Positions 10,331 to 21,171 of a stretch of 64,000 bases of DNA are shown piece after piece. The stretch spans positions 2,976,001 through 3,040,000 of the forward strand of contig OZ243961.1 of the NCBI GenBank assembly GCA_965214605.1, given 5' to 3'. Source of the DNA: an uncultured Candidatus Binatia bacterium (GTDB lineage: Bacteria > Desulfobacterota > Binatia > Bin18). Below the pieces are notes generated by a model, which ran no database searches, was not told the origin of the DNA, and saw only the letters and a program-made list of their open reading frames with translations. Each line of letters starts with the position of its first letter. Within the stretch, counting starts at the first letter, position 1. Position numbers and translations under genes: made by a program.

Positions 10331-10498
10331 AGGTCTCGTAGTATTTCCTCATTCCGTACAATTTTGCAAGGCCGGTGGCCGTGATGGCTGAGAAGTCGGT
10401 GGCGAGAAGCGACGGAGGACGATGCATGACACGGGGCTTGCCTTTTTTCACAAATGCTGTGTATAGCATCTGAGAATCTCCGTTGGAGGTGTGCTGTC

Positions 10499-11362
10499 AT
10501 GAAACTCAAACATATGGTGGCCAGCCTTGGCGCTGTTGTCTTCATTGTCAGTGCCAGTGGAGGAGCGAGGGCGCAGTTTTTTCCCTGGTTCGACAGCGTC
10601 ATTGAAAAGATTCAAACCCGCGAAACCCTGAAAGTTGGTATCGGCCTGTTCGAGCCTTGGTCGATGTGCAACACCGACGGCGAACTGATCGGCTTTGAAA
10701 TCGATATTGCCGAAAAAATCGCCGAGGATATGGAGGTCGATCTTGAGCTGCGCCGGACCTACTGGCCGGATATCATCCCCGATCTGATTGACGAGGAGTT
10801 CGATGTCATTATCAGTGGTATGACGATAACGCCCACCCGCAATCTGCGGGTCAATTTCACCTCGCCGACCGCAGAGTCCGGTCTTTGGGTTGTGGCGAAT
10901 AAGACAAAGCTCCAAGACGTGACCGAGCTGGAAGATTTGAACACCCCGAGCGTTGTGGTTGCGGCCCGCGAGGGAGCCACGTCACAGATTTTTGTCGAGA
11001 CGAGTCTTCCCCTCGCTAGGGTATTGCTCTTTGATACGGAAGACGACCTATTGGGGGCGGTTCTCAGAGGTGACGCGCATGCCTCTGTTGTGTACGGGCC
11101 GACTCCGGCAAGGTGGATCGAAGAAAATCCAACCGTTCTGTATCGCCCGTTTGAGGAGCTCTTTTCCCGGGGACCGGAAGCGATTGGGCTGCGGAAAGGT
11201 GATCCGGACGGATTGAATTTTTTCAATAGCTGGATTGCGGTTCACCGGGCGAGTGGCTGGCTTGGCGAGCGCCGCCAGTACTGGTTCGAGACAAGTGAGT
11301 GGGCCGCCCAGGTCGCTACAGACGCCCAGAGCCTTGCGCAGTGCGCTGAATCGTTTGAATAA
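10499..11362 (+). CDS. ABC transporter substrate-binding protein, family 3 (polar amino acid type)
   Basis: Signal peptide; GELIGFEIDIAEKIA and DVIISGMTITPTR motifs; GGAGG RBS. Confidence 0.9.
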   Translation: MKLKHMVASLGAVVFIVSASGGARAQFFPWFDSVIEKIQTRETLKVGIGLFEPWSMCNTDGELIGFEIDIAEKIAEDMEVDLELRRTYWPDIIPDLIDEEFDVIISGMTITPTRNLRVNFTSPTAESGLWVVANKTKLQDVTELEDLNTPSVVVAAREGATSQIFVETSLPLARVLLFDTEDDLLGAVLRGDAHASVVYGPTPARWIEENPTVLYRPFEELFSRGPEAIGLRKGDPDGLNFFNSWIAVHRASGWLGERRQYWFETSEWAAQVATDAQSLAQCAESFE

Positions 11363-11447
11363 GGGAGAATCGTTTCTCTCTCCCAGAGGTCGTTGCCCCT
11401 AAGCTGCCCCCACCGGTACGCCTACGGGCCGGGATAAGGCAGGAGCC

Positions 11448-12467
11448 GTGGAAAATCCGCCTCTTGATCAGGCGATCGCCTGCCATGTCAAGGGTCAGCT
11501 CGACCAGGCCCTGCTGCTCTACCTGCAGGCACTTCACCTGAACCCGCGCGACCGGGTCGCCACCGACCTAGTCGCGACCGTATGCCGAACCCACTTTGAG
11601 TTGGCTCTGACCCTGATGAAACTGGGGCGCGAGACCGAAGCGATCCAGAGCTTTCAGCGCGTGCTCGCCATACAACCCGACGAGCCGGTCGTCCACGCCT
11701 CTCTCAGTCGGCTGTTCATCGCCCGCAATGACCCACAACAGGCCACTATGCACCTGCGCCACTACCTGCGTCTGGTGCCCGAGGATCATATCGGGGCTCG
11801 AATGCTGCTGGCCTATACGGGCGCAGAGCCTCTCCCGGACCGACCGGCTCCAGCCTACATTCGGCGCTTCTACGACAACTACGCCGCCTCCTACGACCAC
11901 AAGCTCGTTGATGGTCTTCACTACCAATGTCCGCAGCTCATCCTGGCCGCGCTGCGGAAGCACTGTCGAGGAAAAGTCGCCATTCTTGACCTCGGTTGTG
12001 GGACCGGCTTGTGCGGTCAAGCCGTGCGGCCGCTGACAAAGCGTCTGGATGGAGTGGACTTATCACCCCAGATGGTGGCCAAAGCCAAGCAACGTCGGAT
12101 CTATAACCGGCTGGAGGTTGGTGACCTCTACCCATTCCTGGAGAAGAAAGCCGGCCGTTATGACGTGATCGTTGCCGCCGGCGTCTTTGAGCACATCGGA
12201 GATCCCACTCGAATTTTCCGTGCCGCACTCAACACGTTGAAAGACCGGGGCCTGTTTGTTTTTACTGCGCAGGACAATCCGACTCAGGAGCTGAGCGTGA
12301 ACAGCTCGGCGTTCTACACGCACGGCCGACGCTACCTGGCAGAGCGGGCGGCGGATTGTGGCTTTCGTATCACTTCGCTTGAGCCGGCTGTGATGTGGAT
12401 TGAAAACGATACCCCCGTCCAGGGGCTGTGCGTTGTACTCCGCAAGCCCGAGCGCGGGGAGCTCTGA
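11448..12467 (+). CDS. TPR-repeat SAM-dependent methyltransferase
   Basis: N-terminal TPR-like helices; YDNYAASYD and ILDLGCGTGLCG motifs. Confidence 0.88.
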   Translation: MENPPLDQAIACHVKGQLDQALLLYLQALHLNPRDRVATDLVATVCRTHFELALTLMKLGRETEAIQSFQRVLAIQPDEPVVHASLSRLFIARNDPQQATMHLRHYLRLVPEDHIGARMLLAYTGAEPLPDRPAPAYIRRFYDNYAASYDHKLVDGLHYQCPQLILAALRKHCRGKVAILDLGCGTGLCGQAVRPLTKRLDGVDLSPQMVAKAKQRRIYNRLEVGDLYPFLEKKAGRYDVIVAAGVFEHIGDPTRIFRAALNTLKDRGLFVFTAQDNPTQELSVNSSAFYTHGRRYLAERAADCGFRITSLEPAVMWIENDTPVQGLCVVLRKPERGEL

Positions 12468-12487
12468 GGGGCTGAGGCGAAGGGCGG

Positions 12488-12913
12488 GTGATGGCGCGGA
12501 TTCTGCTGCTTGATATTGACGGCGTGGTCAAGGTCCTCGAAGGTGCTCCGTGGTCGATTCCGGGCTCAGACTGGAAGCGGGACGTCCGGGCCTTTCTCGC
12601 CTGGTGTCAGCAGAGCTTTGACGTGGTGCTGGTGTTGTCCTCATGGCAAGCCCAAATCCACCAAGAGCTGGAGACGATCGGGTTTTGTCTTCCCTCTTTA
12701 GCCTGGAAACGAGCTAAGACGGACGGCTTGGCCGGGCTGTGCCGGCCGGGCAATCAGGTTATCTGGGTCGAAGACGGCTGGGAAGCGGCAGACCGGAGGG
12801 CCGCCGAGGCCTTGGGTATTTGCCTTATCGAAACCGAGTTCAATGAGCGGCTGTCCGTGACCCAAGACAAGATACAGCGGGCAATGGAACCAACACCGGG
12901 GCCAAGCGGGTGA
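12488..12913 (+). CDS. Minimal HAD-superfamily domain protein
   Basis: LLLDIDGVV (motif I), LSSW, WVED (motif IV). Confidence 0.65.
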   Translation: MMARILLLDIDGVVKVLEGAPWSIPGSDWKRDVRAFLAWCQQSFDVVLVLSSWQAQIHQELETIGFCLPSLAWKRAKTDGLAGLCRPGNQVIWVEDGWEAADRRAAEALGICLIETEFNERLSVTQDKIQRAMEPTPGPSG

Positions 12914-12960
12914 GGCAGTGGGGGGAGAATGGCAGCGCCGTTTTCCCCCCTACTCAGCGT

Positions 12961-13827
12961 TTACACATCCAAGCGATAGCCGTCCCCATCCCGAAGGAGC
13001 TTGCCCGCGGTTGGGCCGGCAAAATGGGTGCCGATAATCAGGGTCGGTGTCCCGGCATATTCGGCAAACACCCGCCGACGGGTGGCCACTGCAGCGTCAT
13101 TATCCACGTCAAAGGGGCTAACCAGACCCGGGTCGTGGAACTGGATCGGGTGGTGAATAAAATCCCCGGTGATCATGGCCGACTCCCCTCTGGATTCAAC
13201 GACGACAGAACAGTGGCCGGGGGTGTGGCCGGGGGTGGCGATCAGGCGTACGCCCTCGCACACCGGGCTTGGTCCTTCGACCGCTTTTGTCAGACCGGCG
13301 TCCATCACCGGCTGCACCGAGTCGGCCCACACCCGTCGCTGAACCTGCAAAAATTCATCTTCGGCGTTTGGATCAATACTGCCAAACAGATCAAGTTCTT
13401 TTTGGTCCATGAGGTAGGACGCGTTGGGGAATGTTGGGACCCATTTGCCGTCGGCTAGCCGTGTATTCCAGCCCACATGGTCAAGGTGGAGATGGGTGCA
13501 CAAGACATAGTCGATACTCTCAGGCGGATAGCCTGTGGCCGTCATGTCTTCCAGATACGAGGTGGCCAGATTGCTCATGATGTCCAGAGGAGCACGGTTC
13601 CGATCGTTCCCGATACAGGTATCGACCACGAGTTTGGCGCTGGGCGTATCAACGATTAACGAATGAATACTCAGGCTCAGCTTGCCCTCGGGTGTCACGA
13701 AATGGGGTGACAGCCACGGGACTGTTTTCACCACCCCCGGCGTTGCGGCCGGGATGACGTCTGAAAATTCCGGATACTCGATTTCAGTAATTTTGGTGAT
13801 GGTCACATCACCGACCTTCCACTTCAT
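12961..13827 (-). CDS. MBL-fold metallo-hydrolase
   Basis: THLHLDHVG, TPGHTPGH and GDFIHH motifs. Confidence 0.92.
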   Translation of the reverse strand: MKWKVGDVTITKITEIEYPEFSDVIPAATPGVVKTVPWLSPHFVTPEGKLSLSIHSLIVDTPSAKLVVDTCIGNDRNRAPLDIMSNLATSYLEDMTATGYPPESIDYVLCTHLHLDHVGWNTRLADGKWVPTFPNASYLMDQKELDLFGSIDPNAEDEFLQVQRRVWADSVQPVMDAGLTKAVEGPSPVCEGVRLIATPGHTPGHCSVVVESRGESAMITGDFIHHPIQFHDPGLVSPFDVDNDAAVATRRRVFAEYAGTPTLIIGTHFAGPTAGKLLRDGDGYRLDV

Positions 13828-13886
13828 AGAACTCTCCCTCCTGTGTTGCGTTGTCCAGGTGTGTATAGTCTGCTGCGGCCCGCCCT

Positions 13887-14411
13887 TTATAGGGGGCCGG
13901 GCCGGACCGGGTTGGTGCCATCCCAGCCTTTGGCCGCATTTTCGACGATCATGAATAGTTTCTTGAACACCTCGTTGTTGTCCCACAGCTCTGTGTAGTG
14001 GCCGATGGTTTTGACCGTGTCAAAGTACACCAGTTCAGCACCACTGACCGTGCACTCAAACGCGGCTTCATACCCGAGCGCCCGATACTGATCATAGGCC
14101 GCTCTATAGTCTTGCGGCATCAGGCCAAAATGATGGACGCCAACCCGCCCGGCGTCCAAAAATTCTTTATACACCGAGGGGGTCTGGTCGTGTTGAAAGA
14201 TCAGCTCAATCTGCAGGTCGCCGCTGTTGCCAAGGGCCAGGGTCACATCTACATTTGACGGCTGGCCCAGATAGCGTTGGTTCTCCAGCGGGCAGTGTTC
14301 ATACAGAAAGAATGGTCCGACCTTCAACACGTCCACCCAATACTTGAGGGCCGCATCCATGTCGCTGACCACATAGGCCAGCTGTCGAACGGTATACAGG
14401 GGTTGTGTCAT
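13887..14411 (-). CDS. VOC/glyoxalase family protein
   Basis: QLAYVVSDMDAA, LQIELI and GVHHFG motifs. Confidence 0.88.
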   Translation of the reverse strand: MTQPLYTVRQLAYVVSDMDAALKYWVDVLKVGPFFLYEHCPLENQRYLGQPSNVDVTLALGNSGDLQIELIFQHDQTPSVYKEFLDAGRVGVHHFGLMPQDYRAAYDQYRALGYEAAFECTVSGAELVYFDTVKTIGHYTELWDNNEVFKKLFMIVENAAKGWDGTNPVRPGPL

Positions 14412-14552
14412 AGCCGAGTCCCTCCTTGTGTCACAACACATGCAAAAGCCGGGTCAAAAAGCCCGCTCTCTTTCAACCGGGCTTCTTAGCACACCAGCCG
14501 CTGGTACGGCTACGGGCAGGATGGGACAAGGAGCAGTGGGAGCAATTGAGCT

Positions 14553-15633
14553 TCAGACCTCAAGGCAAAAGTCGTGCTCAATGCGCAGCGACACCGTCCC
14601 GCCTTGAAAAGCTTTCGCCTGCGTCTTGACGAGAGCCGAAGCCTCCCTGGAGTCCATGAGACGGACGGCCCGCCCCAACCCCACGTCCAATGTCCGAAGT
14701 AGTCTGTGCCGGACTTCTGCCTTGCGGAATCGTCGTCCTCCGATCCGAATAACCACACCGGCTCGCTTCGCGAGGAGGGCACGCAACCCCTTCCAGGACT
14801 GCTCAAGAAAGGTCCAGTAAGCGTCTTTGCGGCTGTAACGGTCGTCCCGGATGGAATATCGGGAATCCGGAGTGGCTCCAAGAAATCACAAACGGAGCCA
14901 CTGATCCTCACGGTAGTTCGTCGTATCTAAGGTGCGGTGGCGAGGTAATCACATCTGTGACACGGTCCCGCAGTTCTGGAAAGGCATCCGCGGCGCGCAT
15001 CTGCCCAGACTATGCGGCCGCCTATTATCACGGGGGACGTACGAAATCGATAGGTCAGCATACGCCCAAAGGATCTCGAAAACGTCGCGGTGTGGTGGCA
15101 CGTAGCCCTCCCGACGCCACCAGCGTACCGAATAGCTCGGCTTGGTACTGATGGTCCGCGGCATCCGATTGCTGAAGTAATTGGGGGATCGGTGAGATTC
15201 ACCATGGAGAGCTCCAAGACACAGCGCAGCCAGAAATCGGTCCTCCCGGCGATGGCTCCAGTCCGGAACAGATCGAGGATAGCGGACTTGTTGGAGGATC
15301 GTAGGGTGGAAACACAACGCGAAAAACTCGTCAAGCGCTCCGCACTAGTTGCCGTCATCTGGTTCACGACAGACCTGCTAGAGCGCAACGAGTCGCGTGC
15401 GAGCGGCCTCAAAGGTCGGCGGATCGCACTTAGCAGCTGAAACGCACACCGCAACAGGATGGATATCACACCCTCCCGCGTTACGGTCCTGCAAGAGGGA
15501 CTCAAACACCGTTGTCCCGCGCCCAGAGAACGGATCGAAGACGACGCCCCTATACGGACTTGTCTCGACATACGTTTTCACAAAGGTCTCAGGGAACATG
15601 GCAAAATAGGAGCGAATGAAAGCGGTGTCTCAT
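14553..15633 (-). pseudogene. DNA amino-methyltransferase (N4-C/N6-A type) relic
   Basis: Stitched across frames: MRHRFHS..YFAMFPETFV, FDPFSGRGTT (SAM-binding motif I), RMPRTISTKPSYSVRWW, VITSPPHLD (degenerate SPPY motif IV near 14930-14952); several frameshifts and stops. Confidence 0.85.
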
Positions 15634-16290
15634 GGTGTTGCTCTCGTGCGATTCTATAGGCCGTTACCCACGGCATGGCCCCTTCCAGGCAATCATAGGC
15701 TTCAACGATGACGCCAGCCTCCAAGAGCTGCTTGGCTTCCTCCACCTTGCGGGGAACACGCAGCCTGTGCAGCACGTTTCCCACCGTTCGCACGTCGTCA
15801 AGAAATTCTTCATCCGATCGGGCGAATGGGATGATCATAATATGGGAGGAAGTCCGTCACCAGAGACCTTCCAGACCAGCGGCTTTTGAACGCGCCGGGG
15901 TGGCCTTTCAGAGACTTCTTCTGCCAATGCTGTCCTGTTGCAACCTGCGCGGCGGCCAACAGAAAACCAGGCAGTTGGTCCAGATGTGGGCGAGCGGCAA
16001 AAACGTCGACTCGGTCGTCTTTCGGCTGAGTTGGCGAGCCAGTCTAGGCCACGATATACCTACCTCGGATTGCCTGCCAGATTTCTTTCAGCTTGGCAAG
16101 AAAAGGTAAGTGATCCGGCCTTGGAAATCCGAAAGACCAAGAACTGCCTCCCCCATTTCTCAGCTGCGAGAGCCGCGGTTGCGAAGTACTGGAAATACTG
16201 TCGTAATTTTCTGTGACGTCGCCAATGTTGGAGCAGACAGGCGGTTTCATGCCTGACACGCCAGTTAGCTGGATGTGGTTGACGTGTTGT
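15630..16290 (-). pseudogene. Restriction endonuclease-like (PD-(D/E)xK) relic upstream of the MTase
   Basis: Stitched SWSFGFPRPD...PKDDRVDVFAARP...AAQVATGQHWQKKS...IIPFARSD; D..D..Q..K arrangement; in-frame stop and frameshifts. Confidence 0.55.
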
Positions 16291-16576
16291 CACTAGTCCA
16301 CCTGAAGGCGGAGTGCGGTGATAAGCGAAGTCGGATCTGGTGGGCTGTGGCCAAGAGCCCTTGGCCTTCGCCCAAGGTCAGGTTGTTGTTTGTCTTTCTT
16401 CGGCTTGGGAATTGGGATGATGAACGCAACACGGCGGCTGTTGATAATCCGTTGCGTTGACTGGCCCTACTCGTCACGCTCCCTAATGTTGCGCTGGCTC
16501 TTCATAGGGAGAGGTGAGGATCAGCTGTCCTCAAAGAAGCGATTCGCCATGTTCCCTGGGCCACGGCCACCCTTGC

Positions 16577-18667
16577 TCAATTAAAAGTCCTGCCCTCTTC
16601 GGCCAACTTCTTGAGCAACGGGGCGGGCTGCCATGAGGCCGGGTCTTGCTCGGATAATTCGCACACCCGCTTGTACACTTTGTCCAGACCGATCCTGTCT
16701 GCATAAAACATCGGGCCGCCCAAGTAGGCCGGAAAGCCGTAGCCATAGACATAGATGATATCAATATCGCTGGCGCGCTGGGCGATCCCTTCTTCCAAAA
16801 TCCTGGCTCCTTCGTTGACGAGCGCGTACATTGTCCGCTCGATAATTTCTGCACGGCTGATAGTGCGCCGCTCAATCCCTTTCTCTTTGGCGTAGTTGAT
16901 AATCAGCTGTTCAATCTCGGGGTCGGGATGTGGGGTGCGGTCGCCTGGTCCGTATCTGTAATATCCAGCCCCAGTCTTCTGACCAAAACGGCCTTTTTCG
17001 TAAATCAGATCGGGAATCGCACAGTAACGCGCCCCTTCAGGCAGACGCTCGGGTAGTCCCTGTTCCCGACGGATACGCCAGCCCACGTCAAGTCCGGCTA
17101 AGTCGCCCATGGCCAGCGGGCCCATAGCCAGGCCCAAGTCGTACACCGCGCCGTCGATATCTTGGGGTAGGCAGCCCTCTTCGAGCAGGAACTGAGCTTG
17201 GCCGGCATAATAGTGCATCATGCGGTTGCCCACAAAACCGTCGCACACGCCAACCACCACCCCGATTTTATTGATGGCCTTGGCCATGGCTTGAGCCGTG
17301 GCCAGGGTTTCGAAGCTCGTCTTTTGGCCCCGCACGATTTCGAGCAAACGCATGACATTGGCCGGGCTGAAAAAATGGGTGCCAATGACTTTTTCAGGTC
17401 GTGTGGAGACTGAGGCGATTTCGTTAACGTCCAGCGTGGACGTGTTGGTGGCCAGGATACAGTCCGGCTTAGTGGCCGTATCAAGCCGGGCAAACACGTC
17501 CTTTTTTACCTCCATGTTCTCGAACACCGCTTCGACAACAAGATCCACCTCAGCGATATCGGTATAGTCCAGCGTCGGTGTGATCAGCCTCATCCGCTGC
17601 TCGACTTGCTCGGAAGTGAAACGGCCTCTCTTGGCACTGCGGTCGTAGTTCGCACGCACGACGGCCAGTCCCTTGTCCAGAAATTCTTGGCCAGTCTCAA
17701 GAATCGTCACCGGAATGCCCGCGTTGGCAAAATTCATAGCGATACCGCCACCCATCGTGCCCGCACCAATGACCGCGACCTTTTTGATTGCCAGGGGCTT
17801 GGTCTCCTTGGGCATATCGTTGACTTTTGCGGCGGCGCGTTCGGCGAAAAAAATGTGTCGTTGGGCGGCGGATTGCTCGCTGGCCAGCACCTGTCTGAAC
17901 AGTTCCTGCTCCTTGGCTAGCCCTTCGTCAAAGGGGAGGCGACAGGCGGCCTCGACACAATCGATGCACCGTTGGGGAGCCTCAAAGCCGCGCCGCTCAA
18001 CGTTTGCCCGTTGGCGTGCGGCGTCAAAGATGGCGAGGTCTACCTCTGTGACCTTGTCGTTCAGATCCCGCACTCTTTTGAGCGCGGCACCGTCGGCAAC
18101 GAGTTGACGGGCAAACACCTTGGCCCCTTCAAGCAGCTCGCCTTCATCAACAAGCTGGTCAATCACCCCGGCCGCGTGAGCCTGGCTGGCTGTCATCGGC
18201 ACGCCGCTGGTAATGACAGCTAGCGCGGCTTCGGGACCGATCAGGCGTGGCAAGCGCTGGGTGCCGCCCCCGCCCGGCAGGAGCCCTAGGGTGACTTCGG
18301 GGAGGCCGACCCGGGCCGACGGCACTGCAACTCGATAGTGGCAGCACAGCGCGGTTTCGAGGCCCCCGCCTAAGGCCGTGCCGTGGATGGCGGCCACCGC
18401 GGGCTTGGGTAAATTTTCGATCATCTCCATGGTTCCCAGAAAACTCGGCGGCTGCAGCGGCTTGCCAAACTCGGTGATGTCCGCACCGGCAATAAAGGTC
18501 CGGCCGGAGCAGATAAGCACCGTGGCCACTGTGGTATCGCTCCCGGCTTGGCGAAAACTGTCGAGCAAGCCCTGACGGACGTGCTGGCTCAGCGCGTTCA
18601 CCGGGGGGTTGTTGACGGTAATGATGCCGATATCACCATCTCTGGTGTAGGAGACTGACTGAGTCAT
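16577..18667 (-). CDS. Fused enoyl-CoA hydratase / 3-hydroxyacyl-CoA dehydrogenase
   Basis: NNPPVNAL, GGGLETAL, GAGTMGGGIA, ATNTSTL and HFFSPAN motifs. Confidence 0.95.
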   Translation of the reverse strand: MTQSVSYTRDGDIGIITVNNPPVNALSQHVRQGLLDSFRQAGSDTTVATVLICSGRTFIAGADITEFGKPLQPPSFLGTMEMIENLPKPAVAAIHGTALGGGLETALCCHYRVAVPSARVGLPEVTLGLLPGGGGTQRLPRLIGPEAALAVITSGVPMTASQAHAAGVIDQLVDEGELLEGAKVFARQLVADGAALKRVRDLNDKVTEVDLAIFDAARQRANVERRGFEAPQRCIDCVEAACRLPFDEGLAKEQELFRQVLASEQSAAQRHIFFAERAAAKVNDMPKETKPLAIKKVAVIGAGTMGGGIAMNFANAGIPVTILETGQEFLDKGLAVVRANYDRSAKRGRFTSEQVEQRMRLITPTLDYTDIAEVDLVVEAVFENMEVKKDVFARLDTATKPDCILATNTSTLDVNEIASVSTRPEKVIGTHFFSPANVMRLLEIVRGQKTSFETLATAQAMAKAINKIGVVVGVCDGFVGNRMMHYYAGQAQFLLEEGCLPQDIDGAVYDLGLAMGPLAMGDLAGLDVGWRIRREQGLPERLPEGARYCAIPDLIYEKGRFGQKTGAGYYRYGPGDRTPHPDPEIEQLIINYAKEKGIERRTISRAEIIERTMYALVNEGARILEEGIAQRASDIDIIYVYGYGFPAYLGGPMFYADRIGLDKVYKRVCELSEQDPASWQPAPLLKKLAEEGRTFN

Positions 18668-18847
18668 GCGGGGAGACCTTTCTGTATGGCGTGACACGGG
18701 CGTGACATGGATGTTAAAAAGAACGAAAGTTCGTAATAATACTCTCCCGTAGGGTATCTTCGTCAGGCGTGTCGTGTCTATCCCCTGGAGGCTCCCCCTG
18801 TCAAAAGTCGCCACGGTTCGCTATAGAACAGGGGAGAGAGGATCACT

Positions 18848-20506
18848 ATGAAACGTATGTATCGTCGCATCTTGCTCGTGTATCCCGAATTTCCCCTGAC
18901 CTACTGGGGCATGCAGTACGTCCTGCCCATATTCAACAAGAAATCTTTTATGCCGCCGCTAGGCTTAATCACCATCGCTGCCCTGACGCCGGATGAATAC
19001 GAATTTCGGCTGGTTGACCTCAACTGTGGGTCGTTGACCGATGATGACCTGGAGTGGGCTGATATGGTATGTTTGTCGGCCATGATTTCACAAAAAGCCT
19101 CGCTGTTTGAGGTCGGCGATCGTTGTAAGGCGGCGGGCAAGCTGGTGGTCTTTGGGGGGCCGTTTCCGACCGCCTGCCCCGAGGAGTGTCAGCCCCACGC
19201 CGATGTCATGGTGCTGAATGAAGGCGAGGTCACCTGGCCGGCTTTTCTTGCCGACCTAGAGGCCGGGACCTACCAGGCAGTCTACACCAATTCCGAAAAG
19301 CCCGACGTCACCCAAAGCCCGACGCCCCGCTTTGATCTGCTCGATATCAATCAGTACGGCTCGCTGCCGATTCAGTTCTCGCGTGGCTGTCCGTTCCGGT
19401 GCGAGTTCTGCGACATCATCGTGATGTTTGGCCGTCGGCCCCGGACAAAAACGCCGGCCCAGGTGACGGCCGAGTTAGAGGCCCTGTACCAGGCCGGCTA
19501 CCGGGGCAGTGTCTTTATTGTTGACGACAATTTCATCGGCAATAAGAGGGAAGTCAAAAAGCTGCTGCCCGAGCTAGCGGCCTGGAACGAGGCCCACGAT
19601 TACCCCTTTACCTACATCACCGAAGCCACCGTCGATCTGGCCAACGATGACGAACTGATCGCCCAGATGGTGGCGTCGAATTTTAAAACGGTCTTTCTCG
19701 GTCTTGAGACCCCGTCGATCGAAAGTCTCAAGGAGACCAAGAAGTACCAGAATATTAAGCGCTCGCTGGTCGATTCGGTCAAAGCCATTCAGCACGCCGG
19801 CCTGATGGTCACCGGAGGCTTTATTCTGGGTTTTGACAATGATGGAGAGGACATTTTCGATCGCCAGATCGACTTCATCAGACAAAGTGCCGTGCCCAAC
19901 GCCATGGTCGGGCTGTTAGTCGCCCTGCCCAGCACGCCTCTGTACACACGTCTGGAACAGGCCGGTCGGCTGCTTGATGCGGATTCCGACCGGTTTACCA
20001 CCCACGGCGGCTTCACCAATATTGTCCCGGTCCTGCCGCGTAAGGCCCTGCTCGAAGGCTATCGCAAGATCTTACAAACGATTTACACGCCAAGTGAGTT
20101 CTTTGGGCGCCTGCTCGACACCATGTGCCGTCAACCCGGTCCAACCTCATCGCTCGCCCGAGCGCAAAACGGCCTGCGGCATATGTGGCGTATCCTGGGC
20201 AGTACGGTCGTCCGGCCAGCAGACAGCACCTCACACCAGGATGGTCTGCTGGCCCGTCTGCGGGTGATACAGCAGGCTTTTCGACAACTGCCCGAGGAGT
20301 ATAAACGGGAGAGCCTACGGTTCATCTGGACGCTGCTGAAAAAACGGCCTGACCAAGTCCCCAACTCCCTGCACTCCCTGTTTATTGGCGTCCATCTGTA
20401 TCGGTTCACCTTCGAGCACGTGCTGCCCGAACTCGACGCCCGTCTGGCCCAGTTGCCTAGCCCCGATGAGGCAGAGGTATGGGAGGCCAGCGAGGCGACC
20501 TCCTGA
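18848..20506 (+). CDS. B12-binding radical SAM protein (HpnP/DUF4070-like)
   Basis: N-terminal B12-binding region (PPLGLITIAAL, GGP); CPFRCEFC radical SAM motif; DDNFIGN. Confidence 0.9.
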   Translation: MKRMYRRILLVYPEFPLTYWGMQYVLPIFNKKSFMPPLGLITIAALTPDEYEFRLVDLNCGSLTDDDLEWADMVCLSAMISQKASLFEVGDRCKAAGKLVVFGGPFPTACPEECQPHADVMVLNEGEVTWPAFLADLEAGTYQAVYTNSEKPDVTQSPTPRFDLLDINQYGSLPIQFSRGCPFRCEFCDIIVMFGRRPRTKTPAQVTAELEALYQAGYRGSVFIVDDNFIGNKREVKKLLPELAAWNEAHDYPFTYITEATVDLANDDELIAQMVASNFKTVFLGLETPSIESLKETKKYQNIKRSLVDSVKAIQHAGLMVTGGFILGFDNDGEDIFDRQIDFIRQSAVPNAMVGLLVALPSTPLYTRLEQAGRLLDADSDRFTTHGGFTNIVPVLPRKALLEGYRKILQTIYTPSEFFGRLLDTMCRQPGPTSSLARAQNGLRHMWRILGSTVVRPADSTSHQDGLLARLRVIQQAFRQLPEEYKRESLRFIWTLLKKRPDQVPNSLHSLFIGVHLYRFTFEHVLPELDARLAQLPSPDEAEVWEASEATS

Positions 20507-20685
20507 TGTTGGACGGCCGGTCCCTCTCAGGTGAGGAGCGAAAATCGGTCTGAGGCTGTCGGTGCGAGACCTCCAACCATGCGGCCGCCGGCCGGCGATT
20601 GATGCGCTGCTGGTCCAGGGGACTTCCCAACACCCTCAGACTATGCCACATTTTTGCCAAGCCTAACAATGGAAGGAGAGCAGCG

Positions 20686-21063
20686 ATGATTGCATATGTC
20701 ACGCTAGGCACAAACGATATGGATCGGGCGACGAATTTCTATAACGCCCTGCTGGCCGAACTCGACTCTGACGTCAAGGTGATCATGGACGCCGGTCGCA
20801 TTAAACTGTGGGGTAAACCCGGCGTGCCCAACCTGGCCGTGGCCACCCCGTTTGACGGGAATGCCGCCTCCGTCGGTAACGGGGTCATGGTTGCCCTGGC
20901 CGCTGACAGCCCCGAGAAGGTTGACGCCATTCACAAAAAGGCGCTGGAATTGGGCGGCTCTGACGAAGGAGCACCGGGTCGGCGTGGGGGAGATCAGGGT
21001 CCTTACATCGGCTATTTCCGCGATTTGGACGGCAATAAACTCAACGCCATCTGCATGGGCTAA
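20686..21063 (+). CDS. VOC/glyoxalase family protein
   Basis: MIAYVTLGTND, GNGVMVAL and YFRDLDGNKL motifs. Confidence 0.9.
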   Translation: MIAYVTLGTNDMDRATNFYNALLAELDSDVKVIMDAGRIKLWGKPGVPNLAVATPFDGNAASVGNGVMVALAADSPEKVDAIHKKALELGGSDEGAPGRRGGDQGPYIGYFRDLDGNKLNAICMG

Positions 21064-21171
21064 GGTCGGTCTGCGCTCGCCCGTCTGGATAGACGGGCGA
21101 TGTCGTCCCCCCCTCTTCTATCCGTTCGAAAACGCCTACCGCGCTCTGTTCACTCAAAACACGGAGGTGCC

